Shown piece by piece: positions 19,303-32,471 of a stretch of DNA of 59,160 nucleotides. Where the stretch lies: assembly GCA_032161105.1 (NCBI GenBank), contig JAVHTD010000019.1. One strand, written 5' to 3'. The translations under genes were made by a program, and so were the position numbers. Each line of letters starts with the position of its first letter. Within the stretch, counting starts at the first letter, position 1. The stretch comes from Candidatus Thermosaccharophagus tengchongensis. Its GTDB lineage: Bacteria; Armatimonadota; Fervidibacteria; Fervidibacterales; Thermosaccharophagaceae. A model generated the notes under the pieces. It had not been told where the DNA came from, searched no databases, and saw only the letters and a list, made by a program, of their open reading frames with translations.

Positions 19303-21522
19303 TTAGCTATCCATCTTTGAGAGCTTTTTCACGCATGCGCTTATTGCCATTCTGAGCTGCTCCAAGCTAACTGGCTTTGGCAGGAGGAAGTCCGCACCTG
19401 CTGCATCTCTCGCGTTTCCGTCAGATTGATCAATGTTCCATCCGCTCGTGATTATGACCGTTGTTGTTGGGGAGCGCTCTTTTATCATTCGCGTCAGCGT
19501 TTTGCCGTCAAGGTATGGCATCCCGAGATCCGTAATCACGATGTCAAACGGCTTTCCACAACTCAGCCCCTCCATAAACTTCTCCATCCCGTGATTGCCA
19601 TCTTGCGCAACCTCAACTTGATGTCCCTCTTGTTCAAGGGCTCTCTTTAAAAACTCCCTGACAAATGGCTCATCATCAATGACGAGTATGCGCAGCAGTT
19701 TTGCTTCGCCCTCGCGTATGCCTGCATTATGGTCATCACGGTGCCGAAGCTCAGCTGGCTCCACAACTGGCAACTTGATCCTTACTGTTGTCCCAATGTT
19801 AGGAGCGCTTTCAATCTCAAGCACGCCGTTATGCCTTTGAACAACCCCGTAAACTACGCTCAATCCCAACCCCGTGCCCCTTTCGCCCTTCGTTGTGAAG
19901 AATGGTTCTAAGCATCTTTGCTTAGTCTCCTCGTCCATTCCGATGCCAGTATCGCTAACTTCAAGCAAGACCCATTGTGGCTTTTGGCTACCTTCGTGTT
20001 GCTCTGAGCGTGTGCGTATCGTCAATGTGCCGCCATTCGGCATCGCATCTGCAGCGTTGATTATGAGGTTGATCAATGCCTCCCTCAACTCGCTCTCCAC
20101 ACCGCTGATTTGAACGGGCGGTTCTTGAAGTTCTGTTCGCACATCTATCGTGATGCCATGGCGCTGCGGTATGTCCTTCCATCTCGGTTTTGTGAGCTCA
20201 ATACACTGTCTCACTATCTCATTCAAGTTGATACTCGCCAACCTCTCATCGGGTGCCCGCTGCCTGTAGAATTCCCTTATTCTCTCAACAGTGTTGGCTA
20301 TGTCAACGCCGGCTCTTCGGATGAGATCAACATACCTGCGCACTTCATCGGTCAAGTCCATGTAATCAAGCAGCAGCTCTGAATAACCTATAATCGGCAC
20401 GAGTGAGTTCTTGATGTCGTGAACTATTCCCGAGGCGAGTTGCCCGAGCGCTCTGAGCCTCTCCTCTTGCATCATCTTCTGCCTCGCCCGTTTCTGCTCA
20501 TCGTAAGCCCTCTGTAGCTCGCTATACAACATGGCATTGCGCATGGCTATAGCAAGTTGGTCTGAGAGCATTTTGAAGAAGTGCCTGTCGGCTTCCGTAA
20601 ACGCGTTTTCCGGCTGGCGAGCCGCTACCATAATTCCGAGGAACTCACCACCCGCCTCTATGCATGATAGGAGCATTGACTGCCAACCAAGTGAAGCGAG
20701 CAAGCGTGCCACTTGGAATTGCGACCTGCTGGTTGCATCAACTTTGACGCACTGTCCCGAGCATACTGCGCCAATGTCCCTGAACATGTCCATCGGGATT
20801 TCGTCACCAATATTCACCCCGAGCATCCCGGAAATATTTGAACCCAAGCTGCTTTCTCCCAAAAACGCGAATTTGCCGCCAACACCCCTGAGTGCAAAAA
20901 CAAGAATTGCTGTCTCAGGCATGACGCATTCAAGGAATGCGATAGAATGCCTCACAATGCTGGGAAGGTCAAAGCGCAAGTTGATATCCCGTGCGATTTC
21001 GCTTATGAGCTGCATGCGGGAAAGGTGGAAGTATTGTATCTGGCGCAACCTGTAAAAGCACTGAAGCACCGTTGATGCGCATAAGGAGAGGGCTTGAAGG
21101 TCGGGTTGCAGGCTCATTTCAAGCTCATCTTGAGGTGCTCCATGATGTCCTTTGATTCCAAATACACGCACAACTCCACTTGTCCCCTCATCAACTTCAA
21201 TTGGGATTGAGAGAGACTCTCTCACTTCCCCGTGGGGTTGCAAATGAGCGCTTTCATCCCCACTATGCTCTGAAGATGTGGCGAGCAACTTTCCCTGCCA
21301 TGCCTGCTCAATTAATTCCGCGACAGCGATGCGGGCATTTGTAATCAACCTCGCCGCATCGGCTATCTCCTTAAGCAGCAGCAATATTGGAGCATCACTG
21401 ATCGCATCACCACTGTTTGCGACTTGCCTCAGCAGTTCCCTTGCGGCGTTGATGAACTTGATTAGAGCAGTTGCCCCCTCCCTCATCTCCCTCACCCTCG
21501 CTCCCGGTGTTTCCCTGCTCAT
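19303..21522 (-). CDS. Hybrid sensor histidine kinase (GAF-HisKA-HATPase-REC)
   Basis: H-box GIVHDIKN, N-box NLIINA.DA, DTGIG, PFFTTK, GTGLGL and a C-terminal receiver domain. Confidence 0.93.
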   Translation of the reverse strand: MSRETPGARVREMREGATALIKFINAARELLRQVANSGDAISDAPILLLLKEIADAARLITNARIAVAELIEQAWQGKLLATSSEHSGDESAHLQPHGEVRESLSIPIEVDEGTSGVVRVFGIKGHHGAPQDELEMSLQPDLQALSLCASTVLQCFYRLRQIQYFHLSRMQLISEIARDINLRFDLPSIVRHSIAFLECVMPETAILVFALRGVGGKFAFLGESSLGSNISGMLGVNIGDEIPMDMFRDIGAVCSGQCVKVDATSRSQFQVARLLASLGWQSMLLSCIEAGGEFLGIMVAARQPENAFTEADRHFFKMLSDQLAIAMRNAMLYSELQRAYDEQKRARQKMMQEERLRALGQLASGIVHDIKNSLVPIIGYSELLLDYMDLTDEVRRYVDLIRRAGVDIANTVERIREFYRQRAPDERLASINLNEIVRQCIELTKPRWKDIPQRHGITIDVRTELQEPPVQISGVESELREALINLIINAADAMPNGGTLTIRTRSEQHEGSQKPQWVLLEVSDTGIGMDEETKQRCLEPFFTTKGERGTGLGLSVVYGVVQRHNGVLEIESAPNIGTTVRIKLPVVEPAELRHRDDHNAGIREGEAKLLRILVIDDEPFVREFLKRALEQEGHQVEVAQDGNHGMEKFMEGLSCGKPFDIVITDLGMPYLDGKTLTRMIKERSPTTTVIITSGWNIDQSDGNARDAAGADFLLPKPVSLEQLRMAISACVKKLSKMDS

Positions 21523-21642
21523 ATGGCATCATGCTCAATGGCTTTCAACTTGCCCTCATTACTCTCACATGCCCGTTCGCATCACCACCATATTTGTTAA
21601 TCGGCAGGACGCGCTCAAAGTTTAGGGTGTGTCTCAAACTGA

Positions 21643-24176
<2,534 letters not shown>

Positions 24177-24186
24177 AGCTGTGCCG

Positions 24187-24216
24187 TTGCGTGTTTGGGC
24201 TATTGGTCGGTATAAT
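24187..24216 (+). promoter_or_regulatory. Putative sigma70 promoter (TTGCGT-N18-TATAAT) upstream of udg
   Basis: Perfect -10 hexamer, plausible -35, and an SD (GGAGGTG) downstream. Confidence 0.4.
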
Positions 24217-24261
24217 CAAAGTTGAAGGTTGGCTTTCTCAAAGGGAGGTGATATTGAGGGC

Positions 24262-24897
24262 GTGAAAGAAGAGCGCAGCGAAGCGATTGAAGCGCTTTTG
24301 CAGTTGCACAGTCAAATACTTCAATGCCAAAAGTGCCACCTTTGGAGGACGCGCACGAATGCCGTTCCCGGTGAGGGCAAGCTTGACGCCGACATAATGT
24401 TTGTGGGTGAAGGTCCGGGCAACCAGGAGGACCGACAGGGCAGACCGTTTGTCGGACCCGCCGGGAGGTTCCTGAACGAGCTTTTAAGCATCGCCGGGTT
24501 GCGCCGCGAAGATGTCTTCATCACGAATGTGCTAAAGTGCCGTCCGCCAAACCCACTTGACCCCGAAAGGGTCAGGAAGCCAACGACTGACGAAATTGAA
24601 GCCTGCCGAGATTACCTGATTGCGCAGATTGCTCTCATCAAGCCAAAGGTGATATGCCTGCTCGGTGACACGGCATTGAAGGCGCTGCTTGACCGCAATA
24701 TGAGCATCTCAAAGGTGCATGCTCATCCATTTGTGAAGAGCGGCATAGTGTATGTGCCGCTATATCATCCAGCCGCCGCGCTCCATAAGGAATCGCTCAA
24801 GGAAACCCTCAAGCAGGACATGCTCAAACTGCGCGAGATAATTGATATGGTGATGCGAAGCGAAGCCAACACAGCTTGCGTCGGCATCAAGGGATAA
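24262..24897 (+). CDS. udg: Family-4 (Fe-S) uracil-DNA glycosylase
   Basis: C..C.L…GEGPG..ED..GRPFVG.AG, NVLKCRPP and YHPAA; GTG start chosen after the SD. Confidence 0.92.
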   Translation: MKEERSEAIEALLQLHSQILQCQKCHLWRTRTNAVPGEGKLDADIMFVGEGPGNQEDRQGRPFVGPAGRFLNELLSIAGLRREDVFITNVLKCRPPNPLDPERVRKPTTDEIEACRDYLIAQIALIKPKVICLLGDTALKALLDRNMSISKVHAHPFVKSGIVYVPLYHPAAALHKESLKETLKQDMLKLREIIDMVMRSEANTACVGIKG

Positions 24898-25085
24898 ACG
24901 ATTGAAGTCTAATTGCGCTCTCATCTCACTTTGATCTTTGATGCAACTTTAGCGAGTTTGAGGGGTATTGCTCATCCGCTTTGCAATCAAAAGGTTGTAA
25001 TGAGTTTGTGACGGCAAATTGACAGTGCTACTCCGCTGATCCCAACGGGAACAAGATTTGATCCATTGCGATGGGAGGTGAGACT

Positions 25086-25844
25086 ATGGCTGGGCATTCA
25101 AAATGGCACAACATACGCGTGCGCAAGACAAAGCAAGATGCGCTCAAGGGGAAGCTTTTCTCAAAGCTGACGAGGGAACTTATCGTAGCGGCAAGGCTCG
25201 GTGGCGGAGATCCGGAAACTAACCCGAGGCTAAGGCAGGCAATTGAGAAGGCAAAGGATGCGGGTATGTCTCAGGAGAGCATTGAGCGTGCTATAAAGCG
25301 AGGCACTGGCGAACTCTCCGGCGGTGAGCAGCTTGTTGAGGCAATTTATGAGGGCTATGGACCGGGAGGCGTTGCGATACTCATTGAAGCTGTTACCGAC
25401 AACCGCAATAGGACTACAAGCGAACTTAGAAAGCTCTTTGAGAAATACGGTGGGACGCTCGGTGAGCCTGGATGCGTCTCATGGCTCTTTGAAAGGAAGG
25501 CTCTCGTCACCGTCTCACAGGCATCGGCTGACGAGGACAAAGTTATGCAATGCGCTATTGAGGCTGGCGCCGATGACATGACACCGAAGGATGATTCATT
25601 TGAGATAATCGCTGACCCAAAGCAACTCCAAGCGATAAAGGATGCCCTTGAAAGTTACAACATTTCTTATACCCTCGCCACAGTGACATACATCCCGAAG
25701 CAGATCACCTATGTTGATGGCAACGAGGCGAGGAGGCTGTTGCGCCTGTTACAAGAGCTTGAGGACCACGATGATGTGCAGAGTGTGAGTGCCAACTTTG
25801 AGATGCCAACGCACATCATGGAAGAATTCAGCGAGGCTGCATGA
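25086..25844 (+). CDS. yebC: YebC/PmpR family protein
   Basis: MAGHSKW, NPRLR, YEGYGPGG, TDNRNRT and DDVQ.V..N. Confidence 0.95.
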   Translation: MAGHSKWHNIRVRKTKQDALKGKLFSKLTRELIVAARLGGGDPETNPRLRQAIEKAKDAGMSQESIERAIKRGTGELSGGEQLVEAIYEGYGPGGVAILIEAVTDNRNRTTSELRKLFEKYGGTLGEPGCVSWLFERKALVTVSQASADEDKVMQCAIEAGADDMTPKDDSFEIIADPKQLQAIKDALESYNISYTLATVTYIPKQITYVDGNEARRLLRLLQELEDHDDVQSVSANFEMPTHIMEEFSEAA

Positions 25845-25922
25845 GGAGGTCAAGCGCGCTGATTGCGCTACTGCTCTCCAATTGAATGAGGCTATGGTGA
25901 GTTTTGGCTCGGAGGGAATCAA

Positions 25923-27536
25923 GTGATGGAAGCCGCATCGGATGTGTCGCTTATTGAAAAGCGCATGGGAGAACTTGAGAAGCAGTTGATGGAGTTGCAA
26001 CAGCAGCTCAACTTGCACAAGGGCTTGCTTAAGGCGGTATTGCAGATTGGTTCAAGCTTGAGCCTCTCACAAGTCATCACCAATGCGCTTGACAACATTT
26101 ACAGTCTCGTTCAGGCAAGGCGCGTAATCCTCTTTCTGGTTGAAAAGGGCACTGACGAACTTGTGTTTGTTGGCGGGAGGGCTCTTGACGCCAACTTCGG
26201 TAATGAACCGCGCTACAAGCGCGGTGAGGGCATCATCGGTGAGGCTTTTGAAACGGGCTTCCCGAAGGTGGCTGTCGGTGAGGAAGCGCTTGGGTGGCTG
26301 AAAGGCGTTGATGAGCCGCTCAGCGAGGGTGTGTGGGTAATAGCAATGCCATTAACCGTTGATGGCAATACCCTCGGCGTCCTTTGCGTTGAAGGGGATG
26401 ATAGAGCGAGGCTTTCATTCAACTCCGTAATGCCGTGCCTTGAGCTACTTGCAGACAGTGCCGCCGCTGCCGTCAGGAATGCGCATCTATACGAGGACTT
26501 GAATGCCCGCACAGCGCAACTTGCCACGCTGTATGAAATCGGCAGCGCTTTGACTTCGGTGCTCAACTTGGACAGGGTGCTTAACTTGATTGTTGATTCG
26601 GTTACGAGGCTCATAGGTGCTGAGATTTGTTCAATCATGCTCCTTGACCCAACGAAGCGCTACCTTAGAATACGAGTTGCAAAGGGGCTTCCAAAGAGCG
26701 TGATTGAAAGGACGGTCGTTAAAGTCGGTGAGGGGATATCAGGGTGGGTGGCACAGCATGGTCAGCCTCTCCTGATCAAGGACATTGAGAGCCATCCCAT
26801 GTTCAAGAAGAAAAGCGATAGCAAGTATACCACCAAATCGCTTTTGAGTGTCCCGCTGAAAGTTCGCGGTCAGGTCATTGGCGTTCTCAATGTGAACAAC
26901 AAAGTGCCAAGGGGGGTGTTCGTTGAGGAGGACGCAAATCTGCTCATGCTCTTTGCCACACAAGCCGCCATAGCGATTGAGAACGCCCATCTCTATGAGG
27001 AAGTGGAGAGGTTAGCCATCACGGATGGGCTGACCGGTCTATATGTGCATCGCTACTTTCAGGAATCGCTTGAGAGCGAGATAAAGCGTGCATTGAGATA
27101 CAAGCATTCGCTATCGCTCATGATGATTGACATAGACCATTTCAAGCGGCTCAACGATACATATGGGCATCAAGCTGGCGACGAAGTCCTTCAACAGCTC
27201 GCCAAGATACTGAAGTCGCAAGCCAGAGAGCATGACTTAGTCGCAAGGTATGGTGGCGAGGAGTTTGCCATCATACTTCCGGTCACGCCAAAAGAGGGTG
27301 CTCTATCAGCGGCATCGCGTTTGCGCCGCTTGGTTGAGGGAGCGCATTTCAACGCCCATGGAAGCGAGGTGCGGATAACGATCAGCATCGGTGTCGCATG
27401 CTGCCCCCAAGATGGACAAACAAGGGAGGAGTTGATAGGCAAAGCGGATCAAGCGCTCTATGCAGCCAAGAGGAGCGGGAGAAACACCATCTGCTACTTT
27501 GACGATAAAGGTCAGTTGCAGAGGCTTGAAGGGTGA
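25923..27536 (+). CDS. Diguanylate cyclase (GAF-GAF-GGDEF)
   Basis: TDGLTGL, DIDHFK..NDTYGH..GD, RxxD I-site (REHD) and GGEEF. Confidence 0.93.
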   Translation: MMEAASDVSLIEKRMGELEKQLMELQQQLNLHKGLLKAVLQIGSSLSLSQVITNALDNIYSLVQARRVILFLVEKGTDELVFVGGRALDANFGNEPRYKRGEGIIGEAFETGFPKVAVGEEALGWLKGVDEPLSEGVWVIAMPLTVDGNTLGVLCVEGDDRARLSFNSVMPCLELLADSAAAAVRNAHLYEDLNARTAQLATLYEIGSALTSVLNLDRVLNLIVDSVTRLIGAEICSIMLLDPTKRYLRIRVAKGLPKSVIERTVVKVGEGISGWVAQHGQPLLIKDIESHPMFKKKSDSKYTTKSLLSVPLKVRGQVIGVLNVNNKVPRGVFVEEDANLLMLFATQAAIAIENAHLYEEVERLAITDGLTGLYVHRYFQESLESEIKRALRYKHSLSLMMIDIDHFKRLNDTYGHQAGDEVLQQLAKILKSQAREHDLVARYGGEEFAIILPVTPKEGALSAASRLRRLVEGAHFNAHGSEVRITISIGVACCPQDGQTREELIGKADQALYAAKRSGRNTICYFDDKGQLQRLEG

Positions 27537-27618
27537 GTCATACTCAGTGCCGCAATTTGCATCCAATTAGAGCTATCTTGGGCGCTGATAGCGCGATGGA
27601 AGGGTTGGTGACTCGGCA

Positions 27619-28623
27619 ATGAGCTGTGGACATTGGATATTGCTGAGCTGGCGCAAGGCATCGCAAACAGCTTGGTTCTTTCTTTCCGTCATATTAGCTC
27701 AGCTGTTCGGGTGCAGTCCACCTGTAGCGACGGTTAATGGTGAGCACATAACAGCGAAGGAGTTTCGCCACACGCTCAACTGCACTTATGGTGCGCAGAC
27801 ACTCCGTTGGCTTATAACGAAACGCCTCCTTGAGGAGGAGAACGAGCGCCTGAAGTTGGTCACAGATGCCGATGTTGACAGAGCCTTTGATGAATTCGTA
27901 GCAAGCCATGGCGGTGAAGCCCAGTTTAGACTCTGGCTAAAGCGAAACAATCGCACGGAGGAGGATGTGCGTGAAGACCTGAAGCGTGACTTGATCATGT
28001 TCAGGTTGCGCGCATCAAAGGTTGACGAGAAAAAGCTTGAGGAGTTTTATGAGCGCCGCAAGGAGCTGTATTGGCAGCCGCCAATGGTGCGCTTATTCGT
28101 CATCATGAACAGCAGCAGGGAGGTCATGTTAAAGGCGAAGGCAGAGCTTGACGCCGGTAAGTCATTTGGCGTTGTGGCGAGACGCTACAGTGATGTGCGC
28201 CTCCTTAAGGCAACGGGGGGCGAGTTGGAGAATGTCCCAAATGGCTATTACAGACTGCCACAGGTCGCTTGGGCTGCGTTCTATCAAAGGTCGCCGGAGG
28301 CGTTGGATGTCATCAGGGGCTTCAATGCCGATGTGTGGAGGGTGATTAACACAGCGCCGCTGAATCAAGTGATCGGACCGATAAAGGGTGCTGGGCGATG
28401 GATCATCTTGAAAGTCGCCGAGCGAAGGGATGCCTATCTGCTGCCATTCAAGCAGGTGCGTGAAGATGTGCTCATGCGCTACTTGAATGAAGTTGGTCCG
28501 TCTGAGGCTGATATTGAAAGCGAGCTTTGGCGCAAGGCTAAGATACAGATCCATTGGGCTGAGTATAAACCGCTTGAGGACATCTACAGGAAAGCCGAAT
28601 GGATGAAATTGCCGCAAAGGTAA
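27619..28623 (+). CDS. PrsA/SurA-like foldase lipoprotein (parvulin-like domain)
   Basis: Lipobox LFGC, VATVNGEHIT and F..VARRYS…GGEL. Confidence 0.75.
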   Translation: MSCGHWILLSWRKASQTAWFFLSVILAQLFGCSPPVATVNGEHITAKEFRHTLNCTYGAQTLRWLITKRLLEEENERLKLVTDADVDRAFDEFVASHGGEAQFRLWLKRNNRTEEDVREDLKRDLIMFRLRASKVDEKKLEEFYERRKELYWQPPMVRLFVIMNSSREVMLKAKAELDAGKSFGVVARRYSDVRLLKATGGELENVPNGYYRLPQVAWAAFYQRSPEALDVIRGFNADVWRVINTAPLNQVIGPIKGAGRWIILKVAERRDAYLLPFKQVREDVLMRYLNEVGPSEADIESELWRKAKIQIHWAEYKPLEDIYRKAEWMKLPQR

Positions 28624-28724
28624 CCCTGTGGTTTCCTCGTGGAGGCTCAGAATGAAGGAGCTGTGATTGGAGCGTTGATGTGACGGGAAGCCCTTCAGCA
28701 GAGCTCACTTAAGGAGGGTAGCGT

Positions 28725-29672
28725 GTGGCTGGATTTGAGCGGCAACGAAATTTATTCCTTCTGCTGCCGTTAGTTCTCCTATGCGGTTGCAGGCGTGGCG
28801 AAATAATTGCGACTGTCAATGGGAAGCCGATAACGCAGGATGAGTTTTGGCAGGTGCTTGAATCAAGGCATGGTGTGGCTATGCTCATAACGCTCATAGA
28901 CCGAAAGTTGCTTTCTCAAGCCAATCGCAGGATGCGCCTTGTGGATGAGTTCTATGTCAGCCATGAGGTGGAAAAGCGCATTGAGGGGTTTGGCGGTGAA
29001 GTTGCATTCAGGGATTGGTTGCGCAGGATGAACATGACGGAAAAGCTGTTCAGGGATGAAGTCCGTGCGAATCTCGTGCTTGAGGCGCTGCGCTCAGCTG
29101 AGGCAAGCAAGTTGAAGCCGACGGAGAGAGAGCTTCGCCTTCACTTTGATGCCCTGAGAAAACGGTTCGCTAAGGCGCGCTGGGCAAAAATAAGGGTCAT
29201 TGAAACGCTCTCTGAGGAAGATGCCAAGTCACTTTACGAGCAAATAGCGTCCGGGGCATCTTTCACCGAGCTTGCGAGCAAGTTCAATGTGCGCGATGAG
29301 TTGCGCCAAAAGGCGGGAGAAATCGGTGTGCTGCCGCTTGACGCGACTGTTATTGAGGATCGTTTAATAGAGGCAGTCAAGGATTTAAAAGCCGGGCAAG
29401 TTTGCAAGCCCATAGAAGTGGGTGGCTTGTGGGTCATCGCAAAGCTTGAGGCTGTGCTGAGTGCGAACCAAATCACATTTGAGCTTGCCAGACCATTGGT
29501 TGAGGCTGAACATAGGAAGGCTGTCTCACCGTCCCTTGCAGAGGTGATGCAGAAGTTGCGCGATGATGCCGATGTGAAGGTTCATGTTGAGGCATACAAA
29601 GCCGTTGAGGAAATTTATGGGCGTTCCTTGAGGGCGAGAGGGAAACAAAGGAACGAGGCGGAGGGGAAGTAA
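28725..29672 (+). CDS. Second PrsA/SurA-like foldase lipoprotein
   Basis: Lipobox LCGC, IATVNGKPIT and GASFTELA.KF…GEIG. Confidence 0.75.
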   Translation: MAGFERQRNLFLLLPLVLLCGCRRGEIIATVNGKPITQDEFWQVLESRHGVAMLITLIDRKLLSQANRRMRLVDEFYVSHEVEKRIEGFGGEVAFRDWLRRMNMTEKLFRDEVRANLVLEALRSAEASKLKPTERELRLHFDALRKRFAKARWAKIRVIETLSEEDAKSLYEQIASGASFTELASKFNVRDELRQKAGEIGVLPLDATVIEDRLIEAVKDLKAGQVCKPIEVGGLWVIAKLEAVLSANQITFELARPLVEAEHRKAVSPSLAEVMQKLRDDADVKVHVEAYKAVEEIYGRSLRARGKQRNEAEGK

Positions 29673-29673
29673 G

Positions 29674-30492
29674 ATGGCATCAAAGAGCCCGTCGGTCGGC
29701 GAGCTGTTTGAGGAGATAGTCAAGTTGGTGGCGAAGCTGCGCAGCGCGGACGGCTGCCCATGGGATAGGGAGCAGACTCATGAGTCAATCAAAAGATGCG
29801 CCATTGAGGAGGCTTATGAGGTTGTGAGCGCCATTGAGAGCGGAGACATGGAAAAGCTGCGTGAGGAACTTGGCGACCTTTTGCTTCAAGTCGTGTTCCA
29901 CGCTCAGATGGCGAGTGAGAAAGGTCAATTTGACATCCAAGATGTCATTGAGGGTTTGCGCAGCAAGCTCATATCTCGCCATCCACATGTGTTTGGTGAT
30001 GCGCATGCCGAGACAGCCGAACAGGTGCTTGCGCAGTGGCATGCAATAAAGCAGGCAGAGAGGTCGCATGCTAACGATGCATCTGGGACGCTGATGGCTG
30101 ACTTGCCGTTAGCCATGCCGGCGCTCATGCTCGCCGAGGAAGTTCAAAGGCGTGCATCACATGTCGGCTTTGATTGGGGAAGCGCTAAGGATGCATTCAT
30201 TAAGGTGAGGGAAGAGGTTGAGGAGCTTTCAGACCTTCTCGGTCAATGTGGGGATGCGGTATTGAGCAAGCTGAAGGAGGAGCTCGGTGACCTGCTCTTT
30301 TCCATTGTGAATGTTGCGAGGCTGCTCAAGTTGGATGCCGAAGATGCGCTTCGCTGCACGGTGCACAAATTCATCAAGCGGTTTGGTGAGATTGAAAGGC
30401 GCGCGAAGGAGCTCGGGATTGACCTCTCGCAGATGAGCCTTCAAGAGATGGATGCAATCTGGGATGAGGCGAAGTCAACCGAGGGGAGATAA
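29674..30492 (+). CDS. mazG: Nucleoside triphosphate pyrophosphohydrolase MazG
   Basis: GCPWDREQT, EEAYE, EELGDLL (twice), RHPHVFG and GFDW. Confidence 0.95.
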   Translation: MASKSPSVGELFEEIVKLVAKLRSADGCPWDREQTHESIKRCAIEEAYEVVSAIESGDMEKLREELGDLLLQVVFHAQMASEKGQFDIQDVIEGLRSKLISRHPHVFGDAHAETAEQVLAQWHAIKQAERSHANDASGTLMADLPLAMPALMLAEEVQRRASHVGFDWGSAKDAFIKVREEVEELSDLLGQCGDAVLSKLKEELGDLLFSIVNVARLLKLDAEDALRCTVHKFIKRFGEIERRAKELGIDLSQMSLQEMDAIWDEAKSTEGR

Positions 30493-30533
30493 GGTTAAGC
30501 CCGCCGCTCCTCATTTTGCAAAGGTGATTCAAA

Positions 30534-31082
30534 GTGCGATTTTGGTCCATGCGCCGGCGAAGCAAACATGGCAAGTTGAGCGCAAGTGAACACAGAAGGA
30601 TGGGAGCAAGGTTGCTCTCGGAGAGAAGGCTTGATGAGGCATATGAGCATCTTCGCGCTGCCGTTGAGCTTGAGCCGACAAACTTGCACGGCAGGATTAA
30701 TCTCGGTGTGGCTTGTTACATGCTCGGGAAGTTTGAGGAGGCAAAGGAGCAGTTTGAGTATGTGCTCACATATGACCCGGATAATCCGACGGCTCTGATG
30801 AACATGGCGGCAGTTTACAGTGAAATCGGTGAGCTGAGCAAGGCGATAGAGCTTCTGAGTCGCTTGACGAGGTTGCATCCATCTTACCCTGATGCGCATT
30901 ATTGCCTCGCAATTGCGTATTGCAAGCGCGGTGACATACCATCGGCGATGGAGGAATTGAACGCCGAGCTGCAGCGTGACCCGGAGCATAAGCTTGCAAG
31001 GCAGTTGCTCAAACAACTCATTGAAGCGCTTGAGAGAGCCGGTGATGGAGGGATTGAAAGCCGCAATCAAAGGCGCACATGA
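30534..31082 (+). CDS. Tetratricopeptide repeat protein
   Basis: About four TPR motifs (NLG.A…A…F…L..DP.N). Confidence 0.8.
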   Translation: MRFWSMRRRSKHGKLSASEHRRMGARLLSERRLDEAYEHLRAAVELEPTNLHGRINLGVACYMLGKFEEAKEQFEYVLTYDPDNPTALMNMAAVYSEIGELSKAIELLSRLTRLHPSYPDAHYCLAIAYCKRGDIPSAMEELNAELQRDPEHKLARQLLKQLIEALERAGDGGIESRNQRRT

Positions 31083-31095
31083 GAGGTGAGCTACA

Positions 31096-32418
31096 GTGCA
31101 TGCCCATTCTGATTCTGATGAATGGGGCGTTGAAACCGAGCTTGAACTTCTAAGGAGAATTGCGGAGCTTGAGCGAAGGTTGAACGAGCGTGAGAGGGAG
31201 ATGTCACAGCTCAGGCAAATGCTCAATGAGCGCGAGGAGCAAGTTCAGATGCTGCATAGGGAGGTGAAAACGCTTGAAGCTCAATGCCTGATGCTATTAA
31301 ACGAGGGCGAAAGGCAAGTAAAGCAATTGCGGTTACTCCTTTCACTCACGGCGAAGATCAATTCATCGCTTGAGTTAAAGTCGGTGCTTACCAGCATACT
31401 TCGTGCTGCTGAGGAGGTGACAGACGCCGAGGCAAGCTCAATCCTCCTTAAAAGCGATTCGGGTGAGCTCACCTTTGAGGTGGCGACGGGTGAGAGCGCC
31501 GAAGTGCTGAGGCGAATATTCGTAAAACCCGGTGAGGGCATCGCCGGATATGTGGTCAGCACGGGCAAGCCAGTCATCGTTAACGATGTTGAGAGGGACG
31601 CAAGGCACAAGCGCGAGGTTGATGAGGTAACCGGGTTTAGGACGAGGAATTTGCTTGCAGTCCCGCTGCGCTTGAGCGGCGAGGTGATCGGAGTTATTGA
31701 GGTTTTGAACAAGCGAAAGCGGTGTGAAGATGGAACTGAGGAAGCCGGGTTTGATGAAGCTGACTTGAATGACCTGATGCTGCTTGCCGATCTCTCTGCC
31801 ATTGCCATTGACAAGGCGAGGAAGCACGAGGCGCTGCAGGACCTTTTCCTCAGCTCAATAAAGGCGTTGGCTGCAGCTTTAGATGCGCGTGACCCATATA
31901 CTCGCGGTCACTCTGAAAGGGTTGCCCAATTTGCGCTCTCCATTGCTGAAGAGCTCGGCATGGATGAGGCGTCAAGGAGGCGCATTGAGCTTTCAGCGCT
32001 GCTCCACGATATAGGCAAGATCGGGATAGAGGACTCGGTGTTGAGGAAGCCGGGGAGATTCACCGATGAGGAATATGAGCAGATGAAGACTCACCCAGAG
32101 AAGGGCTATCAAATACTTAGGCTCATAAAGCAGCTTGAGCCGAATCTTCCCGGGGTGCGCTATCACCATGAGCGCTCTGATGGCTCTGGCTATCCGCTCG
32201 GTTTGAGTGGGGACGATATACCGCTTGATGCGCGCATCATTGCCATCGCTGATGTTTTTGACGCACTCACATCTGACAGACCTTATCGCCCTGCACATCA
32301 GCCCGAGGATGCCATTCAAATGATTCGCTCCGATGTTGGGAAGCGCTTTGACCCAGTTGTGTTTGAGGCTTTCATGCGCGCCTATGAGAAGGGAAAGATA
32401 AAGCCCAAAGGCTCGTAG
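31096..32418 (+). CDS. GAF plus HD-GYP cyclic-dinucleotide phosphodiesterase
   Basis: Coiled coil, GAF, then YTRGHSERV, LLHDIGK, HHER.DGSGYP and ADVFDALT. Confidence 0.92.
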   Translation: MHAHSDSDEWGVETELELLRRIAELERRLNEREREMSQLRQMLNEREEQVQMLHREVKTLEAQCLMLLNEGERQVKQLRLLLSLTAKINSSLELKSVLTSILRAAEEVTDAEASSILLKSDSGELTFEVATGESAEVLRRIFVKPGEGIAGYVVSTGKPVIVNDVERDARHKREVDEVTGFRTRNLLAVPLRLSGEVIGVIEVLNKRKRCEDGTEEAGFDEADLNDLMLLADLSAIAIDKARKHEALQDLFLSSIKALAAALDARDPYTRGHSERVAQFALSIAEELGMDEASRRRIELSALLHDIGKIGIEDSVLRKPGRFTDEEYEQMKTHPEKGYQILRLIKQLEPNLPGVRYHHERSDGSGYPLGLSGDDIPLDARIIAIADVFDALTSDRPYRPAHQPEDAIQMIRSDVGKRFDPVVFEAFMRAYEKGKIKPKGS

Positions 32419-32471
32419 CGCTCAATTCATTCAATGACCGAGCTCAAGGTGGCTAAGCGAATTCACATTCT

